NCBI GenBank assembly: GCA_017439085.1
Contig: JAFRTU010000016.1
Span: 86,059-126,058, forward strand
Length of the DNA: 40,000 bases
Direction: 5' to 3'
DNA from: Clostridia bacterium
GTDB taxonomy: Bacteria > Bacillota > Clostridia > Christensenellales > Christensenellaceae
A program made the position numbers and the translations under genes. Numbering within the stretch: position 1 is the stretch's first letter; each line of letters begins with the position of its first letter. Positions 16,767 through 26,462 of this stretch are shown here, piece after piece. The notes under the pieces were generated by a model. That model was not told the origin of the DNA, made no database searches, and saw only the letters and a list, made by a program, of their open reading frames with translations.

Positions 16767-18341
16767 ATGGCTAAGAAAGCAACCAGCACTAAAAGCTGTT
16801 CAAAAAAGACTGCTGGCACGCATGCTTCCCCTGCAAAAAAAGCAGAGACCCGTGCGGTGAAAAATGCCAAGGCTGCAGAGATAATAACTGAGAATGCATG
16901 TCCTGAAAATACCGAGATCCCCGAAGCAAATACTATGAAGATACTGTATGTGAGCCCTGAGGCCGTACCTTTTGCAGGTACCGGCGGACTTGGCGATGTC
17001 GGCGGATCCCTTCCGAAATCCCTGAACAGGATCCCGGGCGTGGAGTGCAGGCTCATAATGCCTCTTTACAAGGCCGTAAAGCAGGAATTCAGAGATAAGA
17101 TGAAGTTCCTCGGTTGTAAGGACATCCCCGTTGCATGGAGAAACAAGTACATGGGAGTCTTCATGCTGGAGACGGATGAGATGACAGTTTATTTCATCGA
17201 CAATGAGGAATATTTCAAGAGAGACAACCTCTATGGATATTTCGATGACTGTGAGAGATATGCCTTCTTCTCAAGGGCAGTATTCGAATCCCTTCAGTTC
17301 ACGGGCTACTACCCCAACATCATCCATGCTAATGACTGGCAGACGTCCCTTGTACCCGTATATCAGGACTGCATCTATCAGATGAACATCAGAACGGTCC
17401 TCACGATACACAATATTGAGTATCAGGGACAGTACGGATTCGATACTCTCTATGACGTCATCGGACTTCCGAACGGTGCAGAGCACCTTATAGAGTTCAA
17501 CAGCGGGGTCAACCTGTTAAAGGGCGGCATCACGACAGCAAATATGGTCAACACCGTCAGTCCGACCTATGCGAACCAGCTGAAGGATCCATATTATGCA
17601 CATGGACTCGAGAACATAATAAGCGAGCACAGCTACAAGCTCACGGGACTCCTGAACGGAATCGACACTGTCCTCTATGACCCGTCTACAGACCCATACA
17701 TCCCGAAGAACTATTCCAAGGATGATGTATCGGGAAAGGCAGAGTGCAAGCGCGCTCTCCAGGAGAGCCTGTATCTCCCCGTCAAGGACAATGTCCCCAT
17801 GATCACCATGATAAGCAGGCTCGTAGCCCACAAGGGCGTCGACCTCATCACGGCTACCATCGACAACTTCCTCAATCAGTATGACATCCAGTTCGTGCTT
17901 CTCGGCACGGGCGACGGACAGTATGAGAACTTCTTCCGTCAGCTGGAATCCCGTCATCATGACAAGGTGAGAAGCATGATCATGTTCAACAGGGAGCTGT
18001 CCCACCAGATCTACGCTGCCGGAGACATACTCCTCATGCCTTCAAAGAGCGAGCCATGCGGTCTTGCCCAGATGATAGGCTGCAGATACGGTAACGTTCC
18101 TCTCGTAAGAGCTACCGGCGGTCTCAATGACTCCATAAAGGACTGCAGGATGGGAGACGGAAACGGCTTCGTGTTCACTCACTTCGACACCGAATCCTTT
18201 GCATCTACCCTGAGAGGTGCCATTAAGCTCTACTATGATCAGGAGAACTGGAACAATCTGGTTAAATTCGATCTTGGACTCGATTTCAGCTGGGACAAAT
18301 CCGCTGAAGAATATGTCAAGATGTACAAGAATATTTTGTAA
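16767..18341 (+). CDS. glgA: Glycogen synthase (GT5) with a ~56-aa Lys/Ala-rich N-terminal extension
   Basis: The canonical core starts at MKILYVSPEAVPFAGTGGLGDV (ATG 16935), which has no SD. The ATG at 16767 has AAGGAAAGG upstream. The C-terminal SEPCGLAQM motif is present. Confidence 0.88.
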   Translation: MAKKATSTKSCSKKTAGTHASPAKKAETRAVKNAKAAEIITENACPENTEIPEANTMKILYVSPEAVPFAGTGGLGDVGGSLPKSLNRIPGVECRLIMPLYKAVKQEFRDKMKFLGCKDIPVAWRNKYMGVFMLETDEMTVYFIDNEEYFKRDNLYGYFDDCERYAFFSRAVFESLQFTGYYPNIIHANDWQTSLVPVYQDCIYQMNIRTVLTIHNIEYQGQYGFDTLYDVIGLPNGAEHLIEFNSGVNLLKGGITTANMVNTVSPTYANQLKDPYYAHGLENIISEHSYKLTGLLNGIDTVLYDPSTDPYIPKNYSKDDVSGKAECKRALQESLYLPVKDNVPMITMISRLVAHKGVDLITATIDNFLNQYDIQFVLLGTGDGQYENFFRQLESRHHDKVRSMIMFNRELSHQIYAAGDILLMPSKSEPCGLAQMIGCRYGNVPLVRATGGLNDSIKDCRMGDGNGFVFTHFDTESFASTLRGAIKLYYDQENWNNLVKFDLGLDFSWDKSAEEYVKMYKNIL

Positions 18342-18356
18342 GAAAGGTAACATTTA

Positions 18357-20807
18357 ATGCACGAACCAATCATCGACGCTATCGCCAGAGACGATTTCAA
18401 GGCCCTTCTCGTCGGAATGCTCGAGGAAGATTACCATACAACATTTGAGAGAGCATCCGTAAAAGAGCTCTACAAGACGATAGCAGAGATCATAAACGAA
18501 CAGCTCCAGAAGAAGAAGTGGAGCTGGAACAGAACAAGAAGAGATATAGAGAGGACGCAGCTCCACAGGAAGAAGATCTACTACATCAGCATGGAATTCC
18601 TGATGGGTCAGTCCCTCAAGAACAACCTTTACAACCTCGGAGAGACCGAGCTCGTTGCATCGGTACTGGCCGAAAGAGGACTCACCCTTGAAGAGATCTT
18701 CGAATGCGAGCCTGATGCAGGACTCGGAAACGGAGGCCTCGGAAGGCTTGCAGCCTGCTATCTCGATGGAATGGTGTCTCAGAACTTTGACGTCACCGGA
18801 TTTTCAATCAGATATGAATACGGTCTTTTCAAGCAGAAGATCATAGACGGCTGGCAGGTCGAGATGCCCGATAACTGGCTGCCAGGCGGACAGGTATGGC
18901 TCACCGAGAGACATGATGACACATACAAGGTCAACTTCTACGGAGACTATGTGGAATACTGGACCGAGAACGGACTCAAGTTCGACATCAAGAACCAGCA
19001 GACAGTCGAGGCAGTTCCGTATGACATGCTCATATCGGGTGCTAACAGTCAGGCTGTAGGCAAGCTGAGACTCTGGAGGAGCATGAACTCCGAAGGATTC
19101 GACATGGCGTCCTTCAACAGCGGAGACTTTACGAAGGCTCAGCAGAACTCCAACAGGGCTGAACTCATAAGCAAGGTGCTCTACCCTGCCGACAACATCG
19201 AGGAAGGAAAGGAACTGAGACTCAAGCAGCAGTACTTCATGGTCTCTGCATCCTGCCAGAACATCATAAGGGACCACTTCAACAGATACGGAACCCTCCT
19301 GAACCTCGCTGACAAGGTAGCTATACAGATAAACGACACCCATCCGGCTCTCTGCATTCCGGAACTCATGAGGATCTTCATGGATGAATTCGGATATGAC
19401 TGGGACACCTCATGGAACGTCATAAAGGATACTGTCTGCTATACCAACCACACGATCCTCGCAGAGGCACTTGAAAAGTGGAACGCGCAGCTGATAAGGA
19501 TGATGATGCCTAGGATCTTCATAATAATCCAGGAGATCGACAGGCGTTTCAGACTCGACATGGAAAAGAAGTTCCCCGGAGACTGGGGAAAGATCAATTA
19601 CATGTCCCCTATCGGCGACAATCAGGTCAGGATGGCCAACCTGAGCATCATCGGTTCAAGAAAGGTGAACGGTGTTTCCTCTCTCCACTCCGAGATACTC
19701 AAGAAAGATGTATTCCACGACTTCTACATGGCATATCCCGAGAAGTTCACGAATGTGACGAACGGTATCGCATACAGAAGATGGCTCTGCCAGTCCAACC
19801 CGGAACTTACTAAGCTCATTTCCGACTGCATCGGAGAGGAGTTCAAAAAGGACGCACTCGAGCTTGCAGGATTTGAAAAGTTCAAGGATGATGCTTCAGT
19901 ACAGAAGAGGCTCGAACAGATAAAGCACGAAAACAAGGTGCTCTTCTCCAACAAGGTATACAAGGAGACCGGAACTCTCCTGAACCCGGACGGTATTTTC
20001 ATCGTCCAGGCAAAGAGGCTCCACGAGTACAAGCGTCAGTTGCTTAACGTTTTGAGGATCATAACCAGATATCAGATGATCAAGAATGATCCTGATGTAG
20101 AGATGAGACCGGAGGTATACCTGTTCGCTGCAAAGTCCGCTCCGAACTATTATCATGCCAAGGAAGTCATCCAACTGATAGTGAAGCTTGCTGAGGAGAT
20201 CAATTCCGATCCTGTCGTTTCAAAGAAGCTGCAGGTACTGTTCCTTGAGAACTACAGTGTATCCATGGCTGAGCATCTCATGCCCGCCACCGAGATATCC
20301 GAACAGATCTCTCTTGCAGGAAAGGAAGCCAGCGGAACAGGAAACATGAAGATGATGATAAACGGAGCCATAACCATAGGAACTCTCGACGGAGCTAATG
20401 TGGAGATGCTCGAGGCTGTAGGACCTGAGAACATCTACATCTTCGGTCAGAAGTCCGATGAAGTCCACTTCAACATCAAGCATTATGACTCAAGAGCAGA
20501 ATATGAGAGGAACTCCATCCTTAAGGCTGCCATAGATGCTCTTATCCCCGGATTTGCCGGAAAGGGCTTCGGTCACATCTACAACTATCTGCTCCGTCCT
20601 TCATACAGCATTGCAGACCCGTACATGTGCCTTGCAGACTTCGGTGATTACGCAAGAGTACATCAGGAGCTCCAGAATGCATATGAAGACAGAAGCAAGT
20701 GGAACAGCATGAGCATAGTGAATATCGCAAAGGCAAACATATTCTCCGCAGACAGATCCATCAGGGATTATGCGAGGGACATCTGGGATACCAACCCGAT
20801 AATCTGA
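18357..20807 (+). CDS. glgP: Glycogen/maltodextrin phosphorylase (GT35)
   Basis: 816 aa with the PLP-lysine motif EASGTGNMKMMINGA and the EPDAGLGNGGLGRLAAC block. Confidence 0.93.
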   Translation: MHEPIIDAIARDDFKALLVGMLEEDYHTTFERASVKELYKTIAEIINEQLQKKKWSWNRTRRDIERTQLHRKKIYYISMEFLMGQSLKNNLYNLGETELVASVLAERGLTLEEIFECEPDAGLGNGGLGRLAACYLDGMVSQNFDVTGFSIRYEYGLFKQKIIDGWQVEMPDNWLPGGQVWLTERHDDTYKVNFYGDYVEYWTENGLKFDIKNQQTVEAVPYDMLISGANSQAVGKLRLWRSMNSEGFDMASFNSGDFTKAQQNSNRAELISKVLYPADNIEEGKELRLKQQYFMVSASCQNIIRDHFNRYGTLLNLADKVAIQINDTHPALCIPELMRIFMDEFGYDWDTSWNVIKDTVCYTNHTILAEALEKWNAQLIRMMMPRIFIIIQEIDRRFRLDMEKKFPGDWGKINYMSPIGDNQVRMANLSIIGSRKVNGVSSLHSEILKKDVFHDFYMAYPEKFTNVTNGIAYRRWLCQSNPELTKLISDCIGEEFKKDALELAGFEKFKDDASVQKRLEQIKHENKVLFSNKVYKETGTLLNPDGIFIVQAKRLHEYKRQLLNVLRIITRYQMIKNDPDVEMRPEVYLFAAKSAPNYYHAKEVIQLIVKLAEEINSDPVVSKKLQVLFLENYSVSMAEHLMPATEISEQISLAGKEASGTGNMKMMINGAITIGTLDGANVEMLEAVGPENIYIFGQKSDEVHFNIKHYDSRAEYERNSILKAAIDALIPGFAGKGFGHIYNYLLRPSYSIADPYMCLADFGDYARVHQELQNAYEDRSKWNSMSIVNIAKANIFSADRSIRDYARDIWDTNPII

Positions 20808-20827
20808 ATCAAACAAAACTATATAAA

Positions 20828-20852
20828 GGCCGGTCATTGACCGGTCTTTTTT
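20828..20852 (+). terminator. Intrinsic terminator after glgP
   Basis: CCGGTC (20830-20835) / GACCGG (20839-20844), followed by TCTTTTTT. Confidence 0.7.
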
Positions 20853-20897
20853 ACTCTCCTTCCTGCAGGTGATATAATACGTGAAAAGGAGATGCCA

Positions 20898-21626
20898 ATG
20901 AGATATAGAGAAACAGTAAAACCAAGACTTTCCGATATAGATGTATCGGGCAATATTTCATATGAAGCGATCCTTAAGCTTTTTGAGGATGCGGGAACTC
21001 ATCATTCCGACTCTGCAAACGACAGGATCATATCAAGAGAGGAAGGAGATCTTGCCTGGATACTCATAGAATGGCACGTGGATCTCAAAAGACGAATAAG
21101 CAAACGCGAAATGCTTAATATCGAGACATGGATAAGCGGCAGGATCCCCTCAATGTATTTTTTCAGAAACTTCATTATGACTGACTCTTCCGGAAAAGAG
21201 GTGGCAAGAGCTCAGACCAAGCTCGTACTGGTAGACATCTCAACGATGAAGATACTGAAGCTTACTGAAGACCTTTTCAGTTCCTTCGATCCCGAGGAAC
21301 CTTCAGCCTTTGAAACATTGACAAAGATAAGGGAAAAGGAATCTTATGAGAACACCGTTCCCCTAACCGTCAGGACAGATGACCTTGATTTCAATTCCCA
21401 TGTGCATAATACGAGATACCTCTCCCTTGTACTGAACGCCCTCCCTGTGAGCCAGTATGAAGAGCTCGACATCTCTTCCTTCAGGTATGTTTGCAAGACT
21501 GCCCTTGATGGAAGGAGATCCGCTGAAGTAGGCTTTACCCTCTCTCACAACGAGCTCAACGCGATCATAAGGGATGAGGATAACCGGTACATGATGCTTG
21601 AGGCAGAGCTCAGAAATAAAGAATGA
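20898..21626 (+). CDS. Acyl-ACP thioesterase family protein (double hotdog)
   Basis: About 242 aa with two hotdog halves (DIDVSGNISY..., DDLDFNSHVHNTRY). I prefer the ATG at 20898, because the AAAGGAG SD directly abuts the earlier ATG at 20892. Confidence 0.75.
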   Translation: MRYRETVKPRLSDIDVSGNISYEAILKLFEDAGTHHSDSANDRIISREEGDLAWILIEWHVDLKRRISKREMLNIETWISGRIPSMYFFRNFIMTDSSGKEVARAQTKLVLVDISTMKILKLTEDLFSSFDPEEPSAFETLTKIREKESYENTVPLTVRTDDLDFNSHVHNTRYLSLVLNALPVSQYEELDISSFRYVCKTALDGRRSAEVGFTLSHNELNAIIRDEDNRYMMLEAELRNKE

Positions 21627-21642
21627 TCTGCTTTGGACATAA

Positions 21643-21680
21643 GAAAAGTAGACATGCTTTTTTAACATGTCTACTTTCAT
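21643..21680. terminator. Strong hairpin terminator between the convergent thioesterase and GNAT::HPS genes
   Basis: 12-bp stem AAAGTAGACATG (21645-21656) / CATGTCTACTTT (21666-21677). On the minus strand it is followed by TTTTCTT. The U-tract is weaker on the plus strand. Confidence 0.75.
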
Positions 21681-21728
21681 CTTACTAGTTCAGAACTAAT
21701 CTTTGGCTTTTTTCTAGTTTTAAGTCTC

Positions 21729-22901
21729 TTATTTGATATACTCTCTCATCTTTATGATGGTGCCTCTCGGATCCGGAGACTTTGTTATTGCGCTTCCTAT
21801 GATCACGAGATCTGGCTCTCCCTTTATGACTTCAGGGAGGGTCTCAAGAGTGATTCCTCCTGCTACTCCAAGCTTGGCATTCTTGATGCTGCCCTTTACC
21901 TTCCTAAGGAGTTCCTCCGGGCTTGTAGCCGTCTTGATGGAGACTGCCCTGTGGATATAGATATAATCCGGTGCCCAGGAATCCACTTCTTTTGCTCTCT
22001 CGATTATCTCGTCGTCGGGCGTTCCCATGAGATCCACAAGGACCTGCTTGTTGTTGTCGCGGGCGCACTTGATAGCTTCTTTTACGGTATCGTCCCAAGT
22101 CCTTGCAGATACGGTACAAATATCAGCTCCGGCATCATATGCCATCTGGGTCATTCCGTAGCCTCCGTCCATGATCTTGAAGTCTGCCAGGATCCTTACC
22201 CCGGGTGCAGCCTTCTTGATCTCTCTTAATGCGTCCATTCCGTACTTGTATGCGAAAGGCGTGCCTATCTCTATTATGTCGACGAGATCGTATACTTCAG
22301 CAGCGAGTTTTACCGCCGCTTCCCTTTCCACTCCGTCAAATGCCAGTTGCAGTTCCATTGATTTTCCTCCTGATTTCCTTTCCTGGATGTTTATTTCGTA
22401 TGCGTTCCTGTACTTCCGTATGTTCTCGAGAAATATGGTCCCGCAGTATGTGAATCCCACTTTCTTAAGGGCCTTCTGCATCACCAGATTGTCCTTATGG
22501 GTATCTATCCTGACAGATGAATACCCTTTTTTCCTTGCCACTTCGAAAACGTTTTTGAAGAGCTCCTTTGAGAAGCCTTTCCCCCTGAATGCCGGGTCCG
22601 TCATCACCTTATGTACCGCACAGTACGGGACCTCGGTGAGCCATTTCCCGTCTATCACGGCATATGACTCGTCAGGGCCTTCGATAACGGCTGCAAATCC
22701 TATGATCTCACTTTTCTCATCAGTGAGAACGTAGCCGTCCCCGTTCAGGATGATTTCCCGGAACTCCTCCCTCCTTGGAGCTTCATCTCCCTGCCACTGA
22801 TCCACATGCATCTCGCCAAGCACCTTTGAAGCACTTTTTGATATCTCATACAGTCTGTCCAGCTCAGAGATTTCCGCTTTTCTGAAGATCATATTTCCCA
22901 T
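21729..22901 (-). CDS. Fusion protein: N-terminal GNAT acetyltransferase + C-terminal OMP-decarboxylase-fold domain (3-hexulose-6-phosphate synthase / 3-keto-L-gulonate-6-P decarboxylase-like)
   Basis: Residues 1-~170 are GNAT (AFRGKGFSKELF). Residues 182-390 begin MELQLAFDG and carry ILADFKIMDGG and GVAGGIT, the HPS/KGPDC signatures. I walked the frame codon by codon from the stop to residue 182 and found no stop at the junction. The start overlaps the C11 stop by 1 nt (TGATG). Confidence 0.8.
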   Translation of the reverse strand: MGNMIFRKAEISELDRLYEISKSASKVLGEMHVDQWQGDEAPRREEFREIILNGDGYVLTDEKSEIIGFAAVIEGPDESYAVIDGKWLTEVPYCAVHKVMTDPAFRGKGFSKELFKNVFEVARKKGYSSVRIDTHKDNLVMQKALKKVGFTYCGTIFLENIRKYRNAYEINIQERKSGGKSMELQLAFDGVEREAAVKLAAEVYDLVDIIEIGTPFAYKYGMDALREIKKAAPGVRILADFKIMDGGYGMTQMAYDAGADICTVSARTWDDTVKEAIKCARDNNKQVLVDLMGTPDDEIIERAKEVDSWAPDYIYIHRAVSIKTATSPEELLRKVKGSIKNAKLGVAGGITLETLPEVIKGEPDLVIIGSAITKSPDPRGTIIKMREYIK

Positions 22902-25357
22902 CAGAGTTCGATATCTTCCGTCCAGTAGGTCTGCTGGTAGATATCAGTGAATCTGTACATCACTCTGGCAGTGTCTTTTCCGACATTCATATTGCCTATT
23001 GTGAAGGAACCTGTATACGTGATCTGGTCGGAGATATAGTATGTATCGACATATTCCCCGTTCTTGTCGTAGAAGTCTGCTATGAAGTCTATCTTATCTC
23101 CCACCTGGAGCTCATAGAGATTCTTTGCCACCGTCTCGGTCTCGCCTTCATAGACATATCTTGCTCCGGCAACCGTTCCCATAGGATGCTCGGGGTCGAA
23201 CACCAGTATGAGTTCCACCCTCTGTCCGTTGAGGAATGCGGGTACCACACCGGTGATTATTGCCTCGTCCCCTGTTCCTACCGTAGACTCATGGTAATAA
23301 GCTACTATCTGTCCGTCTATCGATAGCCATGTCTTGTCCGTAGGAGCGAGCAGATTCCACTGGTCATCGAAATCGAATACGTTGTCTATTCCAAGGTCCA
23401 GATATCCTCCGTTCCACTCATAGAACATGTTGAGGTCGAGTCCCGTAACGAGATCCCACTGTTCTTCAGGCAGGCTTATCACAAGCTGTCCCTTGGAGTT
23501 CTTCTTCCACTTCATGTTTTCGATGTCGAAGAGGTTGTCCTGGATATAGCTTACCGTCTGCTCCTTCGTCATGCTGCGTCCGAAAAGGAACCCTGTATTG
23601 GAACCTGTAAGACCGTCAATGGATCCGAAGTTTCCTCCCAGGAATCCTGATAACAGGTCGTTAAGGGATGATCCTCCGGAGTATCCGTTCGATGATCCTC
23701 CGAGGCTTCCGAATATAGAGTTGATACCACTCGATGTTCCACCTGTACCTGCTATGGCCTGTGTACCGAGAGCTGCATAATCCTTTATGCATTCGGTATA
23801 CTTATTGTCCATGCCTATGTTCTTGAACGTGCTGACAGCAGTGTCCACCATGGACATCTTCCTGTAAGGGAAGTATGCGGAGATACCGTATGCGTTCGTG
23901 ATACCTGAGGAAGTCCTGTTGTATTTGACAGCTCCCTGAAGAGCATTGGCAAGTTTCTTTCCTTCGGCATTTCCTACCTTGAGAGCAAAGTCCACGAGGT
24001 CGACCTGATCTATCTTGGTGCTCTGTGCAAACTCCCTTGCTGAACTCCTTGCCTTGGATATCGTCTTGTATTCCTTGTTGGAGATCATATCGGAAAGAGA
24101 TTCCGAGAAATCTGCAAGGGGTCCAGGTACCGTGGCAGCAAGCTCAGCCAGGTCGACTATCGAGAGGGTCGCTGACTGGTTTCCGCACTGGCTCTTGCAA
24201 TATAGAACGAAGTCATCGATGATGTTCTTTCCTATCTCCACAGTGGGCATTGAAGTATTGTTTGCGAGCTTCGTCAGCCAGTTTGTATAGAACCAGCCGA
24301 TTCCGGGCTCGGTCTCCTCAGATGCGATGAGATAGTCCGCATACTTGCTCAGCATGAGCGCGTTCTCGACTGAACCCATAAGGCATGCGTCAAAGCCTAT
24401 GAAATCGAACTTCATTCCTGAAGCCTTAAGAGCCTGATCTATCTGGGCAAGCGTCATGGAACCGGACATTGCCTTTTTCTCGTCATATCCGTATCCTGAA
24501 ACGGAACCGCCGCCATGATCCCAGAAGATGAGATCATACCTGTTTGCGGTATAGTTCTTCTTGCAGTAGTTAAGGAACGAAAGGAGCGTCTGCGGATCGG
24601 TCATGGTCTTGGAACCGTCGTCCGCAACTTTCCTTATGAGCTGTCCGTTCTTGGTTATCTCATAGATCTGGTTCTTGGATGAGCTGATCTGGTTGTTGTT
24701 CCAGTTCTTGCATCCGCCGGTATATATGACGATGTGGACCTTCTCGGAATAGCTGGCCTTCAGCATCTCCATGAGGTCTGCCGTTGCCATCCCGTTCTTG
24801 GACTCAAGGTCAGTACCGCACATGTATACCATGAGGAGGATTTCGTCCTTGTTGTTTCCGAGGATCTTCGTGTACTTTGCCCTGGCTCCTGTCGCTATGG
24901 TATTGTCCACTGTAGTATTGTTATCAGTTGTCGTCCACTCTGAAGATGTTCCCGCACCTATGCTGTTCCAGATATATGAAGGGATCCCCGCATATCCAGT
25001 ATTGTCCATATTGGTGCTGCTGGTAGGCGTATTCGGTCCCGGGACTACAGATGAGATCACTCCGGGTTGCGGAGGAGTGACTTCTCCGCCTCCTCCGAAC
25101 AGGTTTGCCAGAAAGTTCTTTCCTCCTCCGAACAAAACGAAAGCAAGTACCAGGATTATAAGAAGTCCTGAACCGCCGCCCTTCATGAGGGACTCTCTCG
25201 TCATTCCCGTTCTTCCTGAATTTCCCGTACCATGTGCTCCGGAATAATCTGCCTTGCCGACTTTTCCGGTACCAAGGCCTTCGCCTCTTCCATGAACGCC
25301 TTCACCTCCGGAGATAGTGTATTTCTTTCTTCCGGTCGGTCTGTTGTTATCTGCCAT
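22901..25357 (-). CDS. Clostripain-family (C11) cysteine peptidase, membrane-anchored, with Gly-rich N-terminal tail and C-terminal beta-rich domain
   Basis: The catalytic dyad context FWDHGGG and GFDACLMGS is typical of C11. There is one TM helix (LLIILVLAFVLFGGG) after a ~60-aa Gly-rich cytoplasmic segment. GGAGG SD at 25362-25366. Confidence 0.8.
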   Translation of the reverse strand: MADNNRPTGRKKYTISGGEGVHGRGEGLGTGKVGKADYSGAHGTGNSGRTGMTRESLMKGGGSGLLIILVLAFVLFGGGKNFLANLFGGGGEVTPPQPGVISSVVPGPNTPTSSTNMDNTGYAGIPSYIWNSIGAGTSSEWTTTDNNTTVDNTIATGARAKYTKILGNNKDEILLMVYMCGTDLESKNGMATADLMEMLKASYSEKVHIVIYTGGCKNWNNNQISSSKNQIYEITKNGQLIRKVADDGSKTMTDPQTLLSFLNYCKKNYTANRYDLIFWDHGGGSVSGYGYDEKKAMSGSMTLAQIDQALKASGMKFDFIGFDACLMGSVENALMLSKYADYLIASEETEPGIGWFYTNWLTKLANNTSMPTVEIGKNIIDDFVLYCKSQCGNQSATLSIVDLAELAATVPGPLADFSESLSDMISNKEYKTISKARSSAREFAQSTKIDQVDLVDFALKVGNAEGKKLANALQGAVKYNRTSSGITNAYGISAYFPYRKMSMVDTAVSTFKNIGMDNKYTECIKDYAALGTQAIAGTGGTSSGINSIFGSLGGSSNGYSGGSSLNDLLSGFLGGNFGSIDGLTGSNTGFLFGRSMTKEQTVSYIQDNLFDIENMKWKKNSKGQLVISLPEEQWDLVTGLDLNMFYEWNGGYLDLGIDNVFDFDDQWNLLAPTDKTWLSIDGQIVAYYHESTVGTGDEAIITGVVPAFLNGQRVELILVFDPEHPMGTVAGARYVYEGETETVAKNLYELQVGDKIDFIADFYDKNGEYVDTYYISDQITYTGSFTIGNMNVGKDTARVMYRFTDIYQQTYWTEDIEL

Positions 25358-25370
25358 TTTTACCTCCGAT

Positions 25371-25988
25371 TCATCTGATGAAGTTGGTCCCTACTGATTC
25401 TTCCTTTTCAGGAAGTCCGTATGTCTCTTTTCCGAGCCTTATAGACTTCATCAGAAATACCATATTCCTTGCAAGCGTCCTTGCCACCTGCATTCCTTCA
25501 AGGTCCTCCAAGACCTCACCCGGTCTGGAACCGTGCATGCCGTTCCAGTATCTGCTGGAGACCACGGGCATCTCGGCGATGGTAAAGAATTTATATATCT
25601 CGTCGAGTGTCGTCATGACTCCGCTTCTTCTTGCAACTGCTACAGCCGCTCCTACCTTGAACCTCTTTGGGAAACGGGTGCTGTAGAAAAGTCTTGTGAG
25701 GAAAGCCATGAGTGTCGGGTTGGCGCCTGCATAATAAACAGGAGTTCCCACCAGTATCCCGTCAGCCTCCTCGAATACGGGAGCAGCCTTGTTCACTGCA
25801 TCGTCGAACACGCATTTTCCGCTCTTATGGCAGGAATTGCAGGCGATACAGCTTCTTATGCCGTCTTTTCCTATGTCAAAGCTGACGACCTCTACTCCCT
25901 CTTCTTCAAATATCTTCTTCATCTCTTCGAGTATACGGGATGTATTCCCCTCATTTCTCGGAGATGCATTCACCATCATCAGTTTCAT
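25371..25988 (-). CDS. Iron-sulfur flavoprotein-like NADPH-dependent FMN reductase / flavodoxin-fold protein
   Basis: The MVNASPRNEGNTS N-terminus is typical of FMN_red. The compact Cys motif CIACNSCHKSGKC (CX2CX2CX5C) matches Isf-type 4Fe-4S flavoproteins. Confidence 0.75.
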   Translation of the reverse strand: MKLMMVNASPRNEGNTSRILEEMKKIFEEEGVEVVSFDIGKDGIRSCIACNSCHKSGKCVFDDAVNKAAPVFEEADGILVGTPVYYAGANPTLMAFLTRLFYSTRFPKRFKVGAAVAVARRSGVMTTLDEIYKFFTIAEMPVVSSRYWNGMHGSRPGEVLEDLEGMQVARTLARNMVFLMKSIRLGKETYGLPEKEESVGTNFIR

Positions 25989-26436
25989 CTTCTATCTTCC
26001 TCTTCCCATTATTTTTGACGTTCAATTTATGAAGGAGTTCCTTAAGGACAGCCTTTTCATCTCTGTCAAGCGGACTCAGGAAGAGTTCATGTGCCTCCAT
26101 CTGGCGTACCTTTTCCTCCTCTGCCAACCGTATACCGTCATCCGTTATGCTCACTAATCTGGTCCTGTATTCTTTTGGATCAGGCGTCTTCACAACGAGC
26201 CCTGCCCTTTCAAGTTTACTGATGATCTCGCTCATTGAGGATGGCTTGACGCCCATGGTATCAGTAAGTACCCTCTGTGTCACAGGTCCGTTCTCCAGCA
26301 GGTACATGAGCAGGTTCTTCTGGCTTCCGTTCCCATCATAAAGCATATGGAGGAACGATCCGGCCTCTCTGATGGCCTTTATGAGCTCCTCGTCTCTTCC
26401 GTTTCCGGTATTCAGTTCTTCATCGATATCGCACAT
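25951..26436 (-). CDS. MarR-family transcriptional regulator
   Basis: Winged HTH (LLMYLLENGPVTQRVLTDTMGVKPSSMSEIISKLERAGLV). Its 3' end overlaps the flavoprotein start by 38 nt. Confidence 0.8.
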   Translation of the reverse strand: MCDIDEELNTGNGRDEELIKAIREAGSFLHMLYDGNGSQKNLLMYLLENGPVTQRVLTDTMGVKPSSMSEIISKLERAGLVVKTPDPKEYRTRLVSITDDGIRLAEEEKVRQMEAHELFLSPLDRDEKAVLKELLHKLNVKNNGKRKIEDETDDGECISEK

Positions 26437-26462
26437 CCGGGAACACCTTCCTATACAGATAA

